From Promethearchaeati archaeon SRVP18_Atabeyarchaeia-1 (lineage in GTDB: Archaea > Asgardarchaeota > Atabeyarchaeia > Atabeyarchaeales > Atabeyarchaeaceae), in the NCBI GenBank assembly GCA_037308085.1, contig CP147779.1, positions 256,001 to 320,000 on the forward strand: a stretch of DNA of 64,000 bases. Reading direction: 5' to 3'. Positions 18,151-28,590 of the stretch are shown here, one piece after another. Within the stretch, counting starts at the first letter, position 1. Each line of letters opens with the position of its first letter. The notes under the pieces are model-generated. The model searched no databases, had not been told where the DNA came from, and worked only from the letters and a program-made list of their open reading frames with translations. The position numbers were made by a program, and so were the translations under genes.

Positions 18151-19161
18151 CTAGAAGAACAGAATGACTGTCACTATTGCTAGAGCTGAGCTGAAGATTG
18201 AGAGAACTGACAACGCTCTGACAATCTCGTTTTCGTGCAGTGGTGTACTCGCAACCACCATTCTCGTCAGAGTCAGGGGGGCCCTTGTGTCTGGGTTGGC
18301 GGCTATTCGTTCATCATTACGGAGAAATGTTGGTCTCTGTCTAATCTCTCCTCTTTCAAATAACCTGCCTATGCTTGCCAAGCTGTGGTAGGAATTCATT
18401 ATGAAAGGTATCGCCGCGATGATCGTGACGACCTCAAGTCTGCCGATGATCGCTATAGCCGCGATCATTGATCCAACAGCCAGTGAACCCGTATCGCCAT
18501 CGAAGACCTTTGCTGGATATCTGTTGAAGAAGTAGTATCCTGCTAATGCGCTGACCAAGACTGCCGAGAGAACCATTCCCTCCGTCGATCCCAGAATCAC
18601 AGAGCATATGAGCAGGGCGACTGCCACAGGGATGCATGTGCTTGGCATTGCCCCGTTTAGGACATCTAACATGTTTACACCGTTTGCTGCCATGGCTGTG
18701 CCTACTGGAATCAGCAAGGGGTAGAATATCGGAAGCCTGGTCTTCCCGATAAAAGGAAAGATGGGAAAAGGAGAATAAGTCTGCAGCAAGAGAATTGGCC
18801 AGCAGGCTAGGGCAGTCAAAACTGGTTTAGTCTTTGCACCAAGTCTCTTGAAGTCGTCCAGCAAACCGATTATTGCGCCTGTTCCGATCATAAGCGCCGC
18901 TGAGAGTATCTCTACCTCTATCTCTGGGATAAGAAAAAATGCAAGGCCGCTTCCAATCAGTAGGGCCATTACTATGCCGATGCCGCCCATTTCTGGAATC
19001 TTTGGTTTCGATAGTTTGTGATAATCTATGCCCGTAATGCCAGATCTTTTCAGCTTTCTGATCAATAGGGGCATGGTTGTAATGGTGACCGCGAAAACAA
19101 TCATTGATATGACTGCGGTCACTAGGACCGAATAGATGTCAACTGTTCCTAGTGTATCCAT
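18151..19161 (-). CDS. UDP-GlcNAc:dolichol-phosphate GlcNAc-1-P transferase (AglH/Alg7/MraY family)
   Basis: DYHK..KPKIPEMGG, GLLDD, NMLDVLNG and FDGDTG; polytopic membrane protein. Confidence 0.85.
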   Translation of the reverse strand: MDTLGTVDIYSVLVTAVISMIVFAVTITTMPLLIRKLKRSGITGIDYHKLSKPKIPEMGGIGIVMALLIGSGLAFFLIPEIEVEILSAALMIGTGAIIGLLDDFKRLGAKTKPVLTALACWPILLLQTYSPFPIFPFIGKTRLPIFYPLLIPVGTAMAANGVNMLDVLNGAMPSTCIPVAVALLICSVILGSTEGMVLSAVLVSALAGYYFFNRYPAKVFDGDTGSLAVGSMIAAIAIIGRLEVVTIIAAIPFIMNSYHSLASIGRLFERGEIRQRPTFLRNDERIAANPDTRAPLTLTRMVVASTPLHENEIVRALSVLSIFSSALAIVTVILFF

Positions 19162-19258
19162 CTCGTCATACCAACCTGTTCACTCTGGTCAACGCAGCTT
19201 GGAATTAATAGGCTATACTCTCTCCACAAATAAAACCATTGCCTACCTTAACGAGACA

Positions 19259-19819
19259 CTACTGCTTTAGTATCTCCCGCAGCGCACTCTCGATTTTGCC
19301 TGCAACTGTCTCAGTTGAATACTCTCTAAGAACCTTCTCTCGACCTTGAGAGGCTTTTCTCTTTCGGTAGGCGTCATCGGTTAGCACCTTGTAGAGCTTA
19401 TCAGAAAAGTCATTGATGTCCCCGACCTTTGCATAGACAACCGCATCTCCGTAGACTGATACTATTGACGGGATCCGGTAAGTAACCACAGGCTTGCCCT
19501 TTAGGAATGCTTCCCCAATTGTTAGCCCAAATCCCTCAAACTCACTTGTTGATATCAGCACATCGCATCCTTTCAGGAGCTGCTCCTTTCTCTTGTCTGA
19601 CACGCTGCCTAAGAAATGCGAGCCCTCAATCTGCCTTCCAGCTTCCTTTGCTTCCGCTAGTAGCGTCCCTTCCCCAATCATGTAGAGTTCGGCGTCTCCC
19701 AGTTTCTCTTTGATTTTCTTGATCACCGCCAGCGCATCTCTTGGCCTTTTGTTTGGCTCCATTCTCGAGATCCATAGTATCTTCTTCGTCATGGCCTCAT
19801 TCCTCGGGGAGTTCTTCAC
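19259..19819 (-). CDS. GT4 glycosyltransferase, C-terminal half (split or frameshifted)
   Basis: ILWISR..PNK and SEFEGFGLTIGEA (EX7E). Confidence 0.7.
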   Translation of the reverse strand: MKNSPRNEAMTKKILWISRMEPNKRPRDALAVIKKIKEKLGDAELYMIGEGTLLAEAKEAGRQIEGSHFLGSVSDKRKEQLLKGCDVLISTSEFEGFGLTIGEAFLKGKPVVTYRIPSIVSVYGDAVVYAKVGDINDFSDKLYKVLTDDAYRKRKASQGREKVLREYSTETVAGKIESALREILKQ

Positions 19820-19824
19820 CGACT

Positions 19825-20442
19825 CTAATCAAGTATGTTGCCAACTGTAAATACCCTTTTAACCTTGAATCTCTTGAGCAAAGCGGAGGTATAACCACTA
19901 ACGGATAGAATGCCGTCGAAGTACTTCAAAATAGAATAGTTGGCAAATATCCTCAGGAGGGTACTGACTTTCTTTCTTAGTGAGGGGGCATAGCTAAGAA
20001 AGAGTCCTACCGTTTCCGGAACATCATGGTGAAACTCAACAACCTTCTTTCCCAGCAACTTCGCCATAACTAAGACGGGGAAAGTTATCGGCCCTGCATT
20101 TACCAAGATGACGTCGAAGCTCTTTGAAACCTTTATCATTAACGGGAGTAGTTTCAACGAGAAGAGAGGGTAACGAATATATCCCGTTGTTTGTGGAACC
20201 TTAATTCGCAGCTCATTACTTCTTCTTCCCAGGATCTCTTCTGTTTTTCCGGTGTTCATTACCAAGAGAATCTTGTCGTTTCTTTCACGTAGTTTTCGGC
20301 AGAGACGGATGAATGTTAGCCTCCCTCCTGCAGCACGAATAGAGTCATCGGATATCGCCAGAATTCTCAATCCGTTATCCAAGTCAGTCAAGACTCCATC
20401 AAACATCTTAGATGTCAGTTGCTTCGGCTCCTCGGAGCACAC
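19825..20442 (-). CDS. GT4 glycosyltransferase, N-terminal half (split or frameshifted)
   Basis: RILAI..AAGG, HHD and SVS; ends at VGNILD, the NG(V/I)D domain boundary. Confidence 0.65.
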   Translation of the reverse strand: MCSEEPKQLTSKMFDGVLTDLDNGLRILAISDDSIRAAGGRLTFIRLCRKLRERNDKILLVMNTGKTEEILGRRSNELRIKVPQTTGYIRYPLFSLKLLPLMIKVSKSFDVILVNAGPITFPVLVMAKLLGKKVVEFHHDVPETVGLFLSYAPSLRKKVSTLLRIFANYSILKYFDGILSVSGYTSALLKRFKVKRVFTVGNILD

Positions 20443-21380
20443 TCATCTTTCTCTGCCTGAGCATTCTGTGACTTTGCCCAGAAGATTAGGTCCTCGACCG
20501 ATGGCTCACTCATGGTTACCCCGGTCAGCGAGCTCATTTTGACCAAGTCTCTCAAGATATCGATCTTGTCCTCGTCCTTTTGTACATAGAACGTCACATC
20601 AGAACTGTCAGGCTTTCTTCTGTAGCTGTTGCAAAGAGAGTTGAGAGTCTTGTCGCTTTGATTCGAGCCAAACGATGCCTCAATGGCGGTCTTGAACTTA
20701 AGCTTCTTGATCAAATCATCCACTCCACCCGAGAGAACAATTCTCCCTTCATTCAGAACGATGCATCTATCTATTGTCTTCCTGGCGAAGGACATGTCAT
20801 GGGTCGCGACTAGGGAGACGATTCCTTCCTCGATCATGAGATCAGAGAGAACGATCCTGTTCGCGACGTCGAGGTTGGCCGTTGGTTCATCGAGAAGTAG
20901 AAGCTTAGGATGTCTACCCAACGCGACTGCAACAGTCAGTATGACTCGCTCTCCATACGATAGATACCCCCACCACTTGTTCCATATGTTACTTACTCCA
21001 CATTTCTTGACTATCTCCCGAACTCGCTCAACATCGACTCCGGCTACGCGCCGATAGAAATTCGCTATTTCGGCCGCAGTGAATCTGTCGTGGTAGTTTA
21101 GCTCAGGGGAGACGAATCCTAATAGCCGCCGAACAGCTCGGTCACGCTTGACTACATCCATCCCGAATACTTCACATTTGCCTTCATCCGGTAGAAGCAT
21201 TGTTCCTACTATTCTGAGCAATGTCGTCTTACCGGAGGCGTTTGGTCCCAAAACCCCAAAGATCTCTCCTTCACCTACTTCGAACCCAACGTGTGAAAGG
21301 ATCCTCTTCCCTCCAGCCGTCTTGCCTATGTCATCAGCAACGATAACTGGCATACGATCATGGCACCTCACAATGTCCAC
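20415..21380 (-). CDS. ABC transporter ATP-binding protein
   Basis: GPNASGKT, LSYGE and LLLDEPT. Confidence 0.9.
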   Translation of the reverse strand: MDIVRCHDRMPVIVADDIGKTAGGKRILSHVGFEVGEGEIFGVLGPNASGKTTLLRIVGTMLLPDEGKCEVFGMDVVKRDRAVRRLLGFVSPELNYHDRFTAAEIANFYRRVAGVDVERVREIVKKCGVSNIWNKWWGYLSYGERVILTVAVALGRHPKLLLLDEPTANLDVANRIVLSDLMIEEGIVSLVATHDMSFARKTIDRCIVLNEGRIVLSGGVDDLIKKLKFKTAIEASFGSNQSDKTLNSLCNSYRRKPDSSDVTFYVQKDEDKIDILRDLVKMSSLTGVTMSEPSVEDLIFWAKSQNAQAEKDECAPRSRSN

Positions 21381-22210
21381 AGTGTTCCTCTCTTCTTGGC
21401 AACTCTGACGCCTCTTTTCAGGATGAGATAACCAGCAGCTAACGCTGAAACTGCTATTAGAGGCGCCACAACGAAATATAGCGGCAGGCTGCTAGGCAGA
21501 TTCGGTTTTAGAAGTGCGTAACGGGTCACTGTAAGAAGGTAGTACGTGGGAAGCAAGTACTTCAACACGCTGAAAGGATAGGGTATAACGTCCGTGCTGA
21601 AAGTGAGACCACTAAGGAGGGCAATAGCGTCGTACACTGCTCTCTCCAAAGTTGATATGTGTTTGTAAATGACGTAGAGACCCAGAAACAGTAGAGCGAA
21701 CGCGAAGAAAAACAACCACGATATGACGTACAGAAACACTATGGAAACCAGAGATGCAAAGCTGATCGCTAGGTTGACACCAATAATACCCAAGGTAACT
21801 ATAAATGGTATCGAGAAAAGCAAGGCGTTCAGCGTCTGCATAATCGCGTACCCCAATGCAAGTTCAACGAAGCTTGCACCGTACACATAGAGCGTCAATA
21901 CATTCTTCCGCTGCATATCATAGTAGAAGTCAGAGACCACATTATAGAAGGAGCCTGAAACCGAGACCCACACTATGTAACCACTCAGCAGAAAATACGC
22001 ATAGCTGACCCCCGAGAACTCGGTGCCTTGGATTGACACAAAGACGCCAACCAGAATTGCGTAGAGTGAATCCTTCAGTGATGGGAATAGTCTGTAGAGG
22101 TAGTCCACAGGGTATTTGCTCTGCATTTTCAAATTGCGATGAGTAATCCCCCAGACAACCCCGAGGCGCCTGCGTATAATTGGGAACCAATTGCGCAATT
22201 CACTCACCAC
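21368..22210 (-). CDS. ABC-2 type permease
   Basis: About 6 TM helices; LLSG..FS...P..L...LPTYY; overlaps the ATPase gene. Confidence 0.82.
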   Translation of the reverse strand: MVSELRNWFPIIRRRLGVVWGITHRNLKMQSKYPVDYLYRLFPSLKDSLYAILVGVFVSIQGTEFSGVSYAYFLLSGYIVWVSVSGSFYNVVSDFYYDMQRKNVLTLYVYGASFVELALGYAIMQTLNALLFSIPFIVTLGIIGVNLAISFASLVSIVFLYVISWLFFFAFALLFLGLYVIYKHISTLERAVYDAIALLSGLTFSTDVIPYPFSVLKYLLPTYYLLTVTRYALLKPNLPSSLPLYFVVAPLIAVSALAAGYLILKRGVRVAKKRGTLWTL

Positions 22211-22301
22211 TATGAACTGGAACTCTCGGGATGAATTCAGCTAGGGGCATCTTTTCCTAAGAGAGATATCCTTGGATTTAAATATGGGGCTTCCATTCGC
22301 A

Positions 22302-23471
22302 TCATTCTTCTTCTGTGCCTGATATTCGCCTTCTCGTCCAAAAAGGCAACACAGAATCTGGAACCTTCCTTATTATTCTTTGATTCCACAAGCGCTCCCT
22401 CCAGAAGTACCGAAAGTGAGCCACATTCCACAGATAGGCATGAATGGTCGGCCCCAAGGCAGTCGAGCTTAGATCGGGTCTCCATTTATCCGAGAAGCGC
22501 CTTGCTACGGCATTCTTAAGCGCCAATAGAATTCGTCTGAAAATATCGTTCAAAAAGCGAATCACCAGATATCGAGCCAAGTTTCGGTCATCATAATTCT
22601 TTATCAGCATAGCGATCTGATTCTTCTTCTTGACATAGAGGACCTTTGGGAGCCTTTGTCTGTTCATGGTCCTGCCACCGGCATGGTACACAATAGAATT
22701 TGGGGAATAAAGCACCTTGTAACCTGCCAAATTGACTCTCCAGCCAAGGTCAGTATCTTCGTAGTAGATGACGAATTTCGGATCAAATAATCCAACTTGC
22801 CTAACAACATCGGTCTTGATCATAAGAGCGGCTCCTTTGGCGTAGAAGATCTCAAGGTCATCATCATATAGGCGCCGGTCTATTTCCCATGCCCCCCTGT
22901 CTCCACCAGCGCCCATACGGGTTACCATGCCTCCAGCGGAGTCCAGCATTTTGGTGTTGTCCATGCACATTACCTTGCTCTGCAACATTCCGACGCGGGC
23001 ATGCTCTTTCTTGCCCTGCTTGACTATTTCAGTGAGAAACTCTTTGTGGACAGTCGTATCGTTGTTCAATAGATAGATGTACTCAGGGTCAAGGTTCTCG
23101 AGGGCATATCTTGCGCCAATGTTGTTTCCGCCAGAGAAACCGTAGTTCTTCTCATTCTTGATGAGAATTGGGCACGTGCCCCTCTCGGCTTTTTTCATCG
23201 ACTCATCTCGCGCAGAGTCTGCCCTAGTTTTATCGTGTTTGGCGTACGCCAGTGGATCGACAACTGCGTTGTCGACGTAGGGGTTCGACACAACCCTTAT
23301 TCCTGGTCCAGCCCAAGACCTTATTCTCTTTAGTGAGTCATCTTGAGAGCCGTTGTCGACAATAATAACATCATAGTTTGAGTAGTCGATCTTATCCAGT
23401 GACTCCAAGCACTTCAAGGTGTCTTGCCAATTGTTCCAATTCAGAATGATTATTGAAACCCTTGGGTTCAT
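22302..23471 (-). CDS. GT2 glycosyltransferase
   Basis: IIILNWN, VDNGSQD, LLNND and YYEDTD. Confidence 0.9.
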   Translation of the reverse strand: MNPRVSIIILNWNNWQDTLKCLESLDKIDYSNYDVIIVDNGSQDDSLKRIRSWAGPGIRVVSNPYVDNAVVDPLAYAKHDKTRADSARDESMKKAERGTCPILIKNEKNYGFSGGNNIGARYALENLDPEYIYLLNNDTTVHKEFLTEIVKQGKKEHARVGMLQSKVMCMDNTKMLDSAGGMVTRMGAGGDRGAWEIDRRLYDDDLEIFYAKGAALMIKTDVVRQVGLFDPKFVIYYEDTDLGWRVNLAGYKVLYSPNSIVYHAGGRTMNRQRLPKVLYVKKKNQIAMLIKNYDDRNLARYLVIRFLNDIFRRILLALKNAVARRFSDKWRPDLSSTALGPTIHAYLWNVAHFRYFWRERLWNQRIIRKVPDSVLPFWTRRRISGTEEE

Positions 23472-23558
23472 CGTCTTCTTGTCACTGCCCCTTTGCACGT
23501 GCAATCTGCATGAGACATTAGCGTCATAGACTCTTACTGTTAGAAATCTCTCCAACGT

Positions 23559-24629
23559 CTAGCTGACTTCTGAAGCAATAGGCTTGCCCTTTCCGATGAA
23601 GGTTTGATACATCCTATCTGCGCACGACTTGGCGTCAAACAGCTGCAGCACCCTGCTTCTGGCCTTGTGGGAAAGAGCTGCACCCTTATCTGGATTTCTC
23701 GCTACCCATTCAATAGCTCTTGCAATATCCGTCTCAGACTTTTCGTTGATGAGGATTCCGCAATTTCCGATCACGTCAGGAATTGCGCCCGTTCTAGTTC
23801 CAATAACGACTCTGCCGTAGGCCATCGCCTCGATCAAAGCCATACCCAATTGCTCGGCCCAACCACCAACGACTAGGGATGGCATGACGAAGATATTTGA
23901 CCAATTGTAGAATTCGTGAAGTCTATCTCGTTTGACGAAGGGGACAACCTGCAGTTTCCTTCCCAGCTTCAGGTTAGATGCTAATGCCTCAAACTTTGAT
24001 GTTTCTCCTTCTCCAACAATCTTGGCCTCAAAAGGCATCTTTAGATGAGATAGCCCTCTGAGTAAGTAAGTCAATCCTTTCTCCTCAGCCAGTCTACCCA
24101 CATAGAGTATTCGTGGCATATCCCAGGAAGATTGGGTACCCTTGAATCTCAGGGAATCTACTCCAAAGGGTATCACATAGATCTTCGTTGCGGGAAAGCC
24201 GAGGTGGACCCAAACCCTTGCTGTGGAGGGGACAGGCACGACTAGTCTAGTGAGCCTCTTCATAAGCGGCATCACTTTCGCTCGCTTGAGAACAATGTTC
24301 TGGAAAGCATAGGAATACACCTTTGGATGAATCATCGAGATTGCGAAGCTATGCCGGTAGTACACCTCGACTGGCACTACGACATCTGGCCTTGACTTCA
24401 GGATGTGAGCAACCATTCTAATAGCAAGCCTGTTCGGAGAAGATGTGCCAAGCTTGGTTATGTGGTTAAAAGCTATGCCTTCAGCCTCGAATATCCTTCT
24501 ATTCTGGTTATCTCTCGCTGGCGAGTCACCATAACCAACTATCTCGACTTCTGCCATCTTAGCCAGGTACTTGAGCGTATCAACCATCGTTGGATTGAGA
24601 CCGGCAATCGTAACCAAGGCAACTTTCAA
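23559..24629 (-). CDS. GT4 glycosyltransferase
   Basis: YVGRLAEEKG and EQLGMALIEAMA; TTG start after a GGAGGTG RBS. Confidence 0.88.
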   Translation of the reverse strand: MKVALVTIAGLNPTMVDTLKYLAKMAEVEIVGYGDSPARDNQNRRIFEAEGIAFNHITKLGTSSPNRLAIRMVAHILKSRPDVVVPVEVYYRHSFAISMIHPKVYSYAFQNIVLKRAKVMPLMKRLTRLVVPVPSTARVWVHLGFPATKIYVIPFGVDSLRFKGTQSSWDMPRILYVGRLAEEKGLTYLLRGLSHLKMPFEAKIVGEGETSKFEALASNLKLGRKLQVVPFVKRDRLHEFYNWSNIFVMPSLVVGGWAEQLGMALIEAMAYGRVVIGTRTGAIPDVIGNCGILINEKSETDIARAIEWVARNPDKGAALSHKARSRVLQLFDAKSCADRMYQTFIGKGKPIASEVS

Positions 24630-24737
24630 GATAGTTGGGCCACCTCCTTCTCGATTCGATTTATGAATGCGCCATATACGGTATAATCTGCAGCCAGAGT
24701 GTCTCTGGACAGCTCTGAAGACCATTAGAGATAGGGT

Positions 24738-25889
24738 TCACTTGGCTAGGCGTCTCTTTTTCAGCTCATTCAGGGACTTCTCGAATAGATCGACGGCCCC
24801 CCATCCGTGAGACTTGCCCCACTCCACCAACTCCTCCAATCCATCTCTGAAGGTTACATCTGGCTTGAAGTTCAGCAGCTTTCTGGCGCGGTCAATGTTC
24901 GCATAGCAGTGTCGTGTGTCACCCTTTCTATACTCCTGCGAAACGACTGGCCTCAAGCTCCCTTTCTTGTCATACATTTCGATTAGCATGTCAGCTATCT
25001 CAAGGATTGAGATCGATACCCCTGAGCCTATGTTTACCGGAACGCCTCTGGCTGAACTTAACTCCATTGCTTGAACGTTTGCTTTGGCTACGTCCCTAAC
25101 GTGAACAAAGTCTCTGAGTTGCTTCCCGTCTTCGAAAATATAAGGAGGCGCATTGTTTAATATCCGACTCGAGAAGATTGCGCATACACCAGTGTACGGA
25201 TTTGAGAGCGATTGTCTCGGGCCGTATACATTGAAATACCTTAGCGCAACTGAAGGTAGGCTATAAGTCGAGCCAATGAGCAAGCACATCTCTTCTTGAT
25301 GTCTCTTGGACATTGCATAGATCGACGCTGGCGCAAGGGGTTTATCTTCACTTGTTGGAATTGGCTTCACGACAGATCCGCATGAGGGGCAGACCTGCTC
25401 CCATTTCTTCCTGTTTAGTTGATCTTCGGTTCTGATATTCGGGAAGACTTCACATGAGCACTTCTCACACCAGTATTTGCCTTCACCATAAATGCTCATA
25501 GAAGAAGCAACAACCAGTTTCCTGACCGAACTCTCTCCACTGGCTAGTACATCTAGTAGCAGGGAAGTTCCTCTTGTGTTTGAATTGATGTACCGATCGA
25601 TCTGGTACATCGATTGTCCTACACCAACCTGCGCGGCGAGGTGGATAATAGCTTCAGATTCTTTCAAGAGCGTCTTCAGGACCCTTGCTTCGAGTATGTC
25701 TTCTTTGATGAACCTTGCTTTTGGATTCAAATAGTCTGGAGGCTTTGCGTCTGGACCATGAACTTGTGGCTCAAGCGAGTCAATGACTGTGACTGCATAG
25801 CCCTTCTCCACAAGAAGATCCACGGTGTGCGATCCTATGAATCCCGCTCCACCAGTCACAAGAACATGCTCTATGCCCTTTGCTTTCAT
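24738..25889 (-). CDS. NAD-dependent nucleotide-sugar epimerase/dehydratase
   Basis: TGGAGFIG, SSMSIYG, YAMSK and LRYFNVYGP. Confidence 0.9.
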   Translation of the reverse strand: MKAKGIEHVLVTGGAGFIGSHTVDLLVEKGYAVTVIDSLEPQVHGPDAKPPDYLNPKARFIKEDILEARVLKTLLKESEAIIHLAAQVGVGQSMYQIDRYINSNTRGTSLLLDVLASGESSVRKLVVASSMSIYGEGKYWCEKCSCEVFPNIRTEDQLNRKKWEQVCPSCGSVVKPIPTSEDKPLAPASIYAMSKRHQEEMCLLIGSTYSLPSVALRYFNVYGPRQSLSNPYTGVCAIFSSRILNNAPPYIFEDGKQLRDFVHVRDVAKANVQAMELSSARGVPVNIGSGVSISILEIADMLIEMYDKKGSLRPVVSQEYRKGDTRHCYANIDRARKLLNFKPDVTFRDGLEELVEWGKSHGWGAVDLFEKSLNELKKRRLAK

Positions 25890-26027
25890 GAGAAGTTCCA
25901 CTCGACCAGAAGTTTTAATATACAATCCTAATTTAGGATAGCTAATAAAAGCCTTTCTCGAAATCGCAAACCCCAAATGCGAAGTGGATGCCAGCAACAT
26001 TGCCTGGTAAGTAGAAGCGAGTCGAAT

Positions 26028-27533
26028 ATGAGTTACAAGGTCTTGGTTGCTAATCTGCCGGGTCTAGTCGAAGAGAGAACTGGACACTTTAGGCATTACG
26101 TCAAGGCGGGGAGCAGATGGCCCTTTACAGCAGGATTTGGCCGAGAAATAGGATACTTACCGTATCCGTTTTTCCTGGGTTACACGAGTGCACTCCTCAA
26201 ACGGGATAGCGAAGCTGAAGTTAAGGGCATTGATGGCGTAGTCGAACATATGACTGACAAAGAGTTTCTTGCGAAGCTCAAGCAAGAGTCTCCTGATCTC
26301 GTAATTGCTGAGGTACCAATACTAACAATGACGGACGATTTAGAGCTACTCAAGAAAATAAAAGAAGAGTTGGGAGCAAAAATAGTGGTCTGCGGTCCTC
26401 AGACCACATCAATGGCTAGGGAGATTCTAACAAATAGTCAACATATCGACTATGTCATGTTGGGGGAATATGAGCTAACTGCGCTGGAACTTGTTGATAG
26501 ACTCGTGAGGAAATCCAGCAATGATGCCCGAACCATAAAGGGACTAGCTTGGAGAGATAATGGGAAAATCATTCTCAATGAGAGAAGACCCCTATTGAAG
26601 GATTTGGACTTCCTGCCTTTTCCTGACAGAGAGGATTTTCCAGGCGATAAGTACAGAGATTTCGCTTTCCTCATGCCATGCATTCAGATGTATTCATCGA
26701 GAGGATGCCCCTTCAGATGCATTTTCTGCGCCGAACGCCAGGTCTTTTACGCGGAACCTACTTACAGAATGCGGAACCCGGGCAAAGTCGTTGACGAAAT
26801 GGAGCTTGTCATCGAGAGGTTCAAAGCTAGGCAAATATACTTTGACGACATGACCTTCACAGTAAGGGGAGAACATGCGACCGGCATTTGCAGGGAAATA
26901 ATCAGACGAAAGCTTGAGATTCCATGGACATGCATGGGAGATGCCATGGCTTCAACTTTCGGCGAACTTGAAATTATGAAGAAGGCTGGATGCATCGGGA
27001 TGAAGTTCGGTGTGGAATCCGCGGTCCCGGAGATCTTGAAGAATATAGGAAAACCTTTGGATCTTGCCAAAGTCCGACAAGTTGTCGAATGGCTTAGAAG
27101 GCTTGGAATAAGAAGCCACGCGACCTACTGCATAGGTCTTCCTGGCGAGACGCTGGAGACCATAAACCAGACCCTGAAGTTCGCATCAAGCCTTGGCTCG
27201 GACTCGTGCCAGATTTCAATGGCCACCCCCTACCCTGGTACACCGTTTTTTGAGCTATGCAAGAAGGAGGGGTATCTCACCACAACGGATTTCTCAAAGT
27301 ATGATGGAACACAGAATGCTGTCATAGCATATCCGAATCTGTCTGCAGATGCTATTAAGAAATCATACGAACTAGCCAAGGAGAGCCTCTTTAAACCTGG
27401 AAAGAGTTTCAGTCTGGCATGGTACATGTCTAGACCAAGAATTGCTTTGAAAACCATCATGTTGAACTATCACAAGAATGGTCTGAAGGGATTGCTGGCA
27501 CTCTTCCGTAAGGGTCTAGGTAAACTTGCCTAG
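26028..27533 (+). CDS. B12-binding-domain radical SAM protein (HpnJ-like)
   Basis: N-terminal AGSRWP, GEYE, SRGCPFRCIFC, FGVES and TPYPGT. Confidence 0.85.
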   Translation: MSYKVLVANLPGLVEERTGHFRHYVKAGSRWPFTAGFGREIGYLPYPFFLGYTSALLKRDSEAEVKGIDGVVEHMTDKEFLAKLKQESPDLVIAEVPILTMTDDLELLKKIKEELGAKIVVCGPQTTSMAREILTNSQHIDYVMLGEYELTALELVDRLVRKSSNDARTIKGLAWRDNGKIILNERRPLLKDLDFLPFPDREDFPGDKYRDFAFLMPCIQMYSSRGCPFRCIFCAERQVFYAEPTYRMRNPGKVVDEMELVIERFKARQIYFDDMTFTVRGEHATGICREIIRRKLEIPWTCMGDAMASTFGELEIMKKAGCIGMKFGVESAVPEILKNIGKPLDLAKVRQVVEWLRRLGIRSHATYCIGLPGETLETINQTLKFASSLGSDSCQISMATPYPGTPFFELCKKEGYLTTTDFSKYDGTQNAVIAYPNLSADAIKKSYELAKESLFKPGKSFSLAWYMSRPRIALKTIMLNYHKNGLKGLLALFRKGLGKLA

Positions 27534-27599
27534 CTCGATATCAGTGGATTTGCTCAGAACCTGAATTCATCCTACTCTTACCAACTGAGGGAATTCAAT

Positions 27600-28520
27600 T
27601 TGAGGATCTCTGTAATAATACCAGCATATAACGCAGAAAGGTACATTGCAAAATGCATTTCATCCCTCAAAGAGCAGATTGTAAGTCCACACGAAATAGT
27701 GGTTGTAAATGATGGATCCACAGACAGGACGCACATGATAGCAAAATCACTTGGAGTCGTCAAGATCGTGAATCACCCAGTAAATAGGGGAATCGCTGCA
27801 GCCAGAAATACGGGAATAAGAAATTCGACGGGTGACATAGTAGCTTTTATGGACGCAGACTGCATTGCAGGGAACGACTGGTTGGAGAATATTGGAAAAG
27901 ACTACGCAGACCAAGCGGTTGGAGGAGTCGGGGGTAAGGGGATCGAAGCCTCCAGATTTGGAATAGCCGATGAATTCAGATCTAGGTACTGCAGACAATC
28001 CCACGGAAACAAGAAGAGATACGTTCAAATTCTATGGGGTCTCAACATGTCCTTTAGAAGGAATGTAATATCAAGAGCCGGAGGCTTCAATGAATTCTTT
28101 AGGACAAATGGAGAGGACGTCGAGTATTCGCTTAGAGTTGTAAAGACTGGGTACCGCTTACTCTACGATCCAAAGGTAGTTGTCTATCATCTGAAACGAG
28201 ACAACATGTTTTCGATTCTGAGAACAGTTAATCGCAGCTTCAAATTCGGGTACATGGGACAAGTACTAGGAGGAGCCGCGAGTGCCACTCCGCGAAGAAT
28301 GATCGGAAAGGCCAAAGGAATCACCGACAAGTTTCTGTATCGGCTACGCGGAGAGTTGCCCCGTGGAAATCTGGGAATAACCGTTTTGTCCTTCCTATCG
28401 ATGATAGCTGAACTCTTTGGACTAAGGGCAGCTTGGATAAGCCTCAAAAGACGTCAGAAACTTGTACTTAGCCAGAAAACTGGAAAACCAGTTGACTTGT
28501 GCATGCGGTCAGAGTCCTGA
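27600..28520 (+). CDS. GT2 glycosyltransferase
   Basis: IIPAYN, NDGSTD, FMDAD and GED. Confidence 0.9.
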   Translation: MRISVIIPAYNAERYIAKCISSLKEQIVSPHEIVVVNDGSTDRTHMIAKSLGVVKIVNHPVNRGIAAARNTGIRNSTGDIVAFMDADCIAGNDWLENIGKDYADQAVGGVGGKGIEASRFGIADEFRSRYCRQSHGNKKRYVQILWGLNMSFRRNVISRAGGFNEFFRTNGEDVEYSLRVVKTGYRLLYDPKVVVYHLKRDNMFSILRTVNRSFKFGYMGQVLGGAASATPRRMIGKAKGITDKFLYRLRGELPRGNLGITVLSFLSMIAELFGLRAAWISLKRRQKLVLSQKTGKPVDLCMRSES

Positions 28521-28590
28521 GTTTGCCGAACTCGTGGTTTGCATTTAATAGATATCGCAAAGATAATGGTCTCTTAGAAGGATTGATCCC

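Noticed and set aside
19799-19828. BHB intron explaining the split glycosyltransferase
   Set aside because: A 29-nt excision would restore the frame, but the central helix is poor, there is no intron stem and the linker would be too short. A 1-nt deletion fits better.
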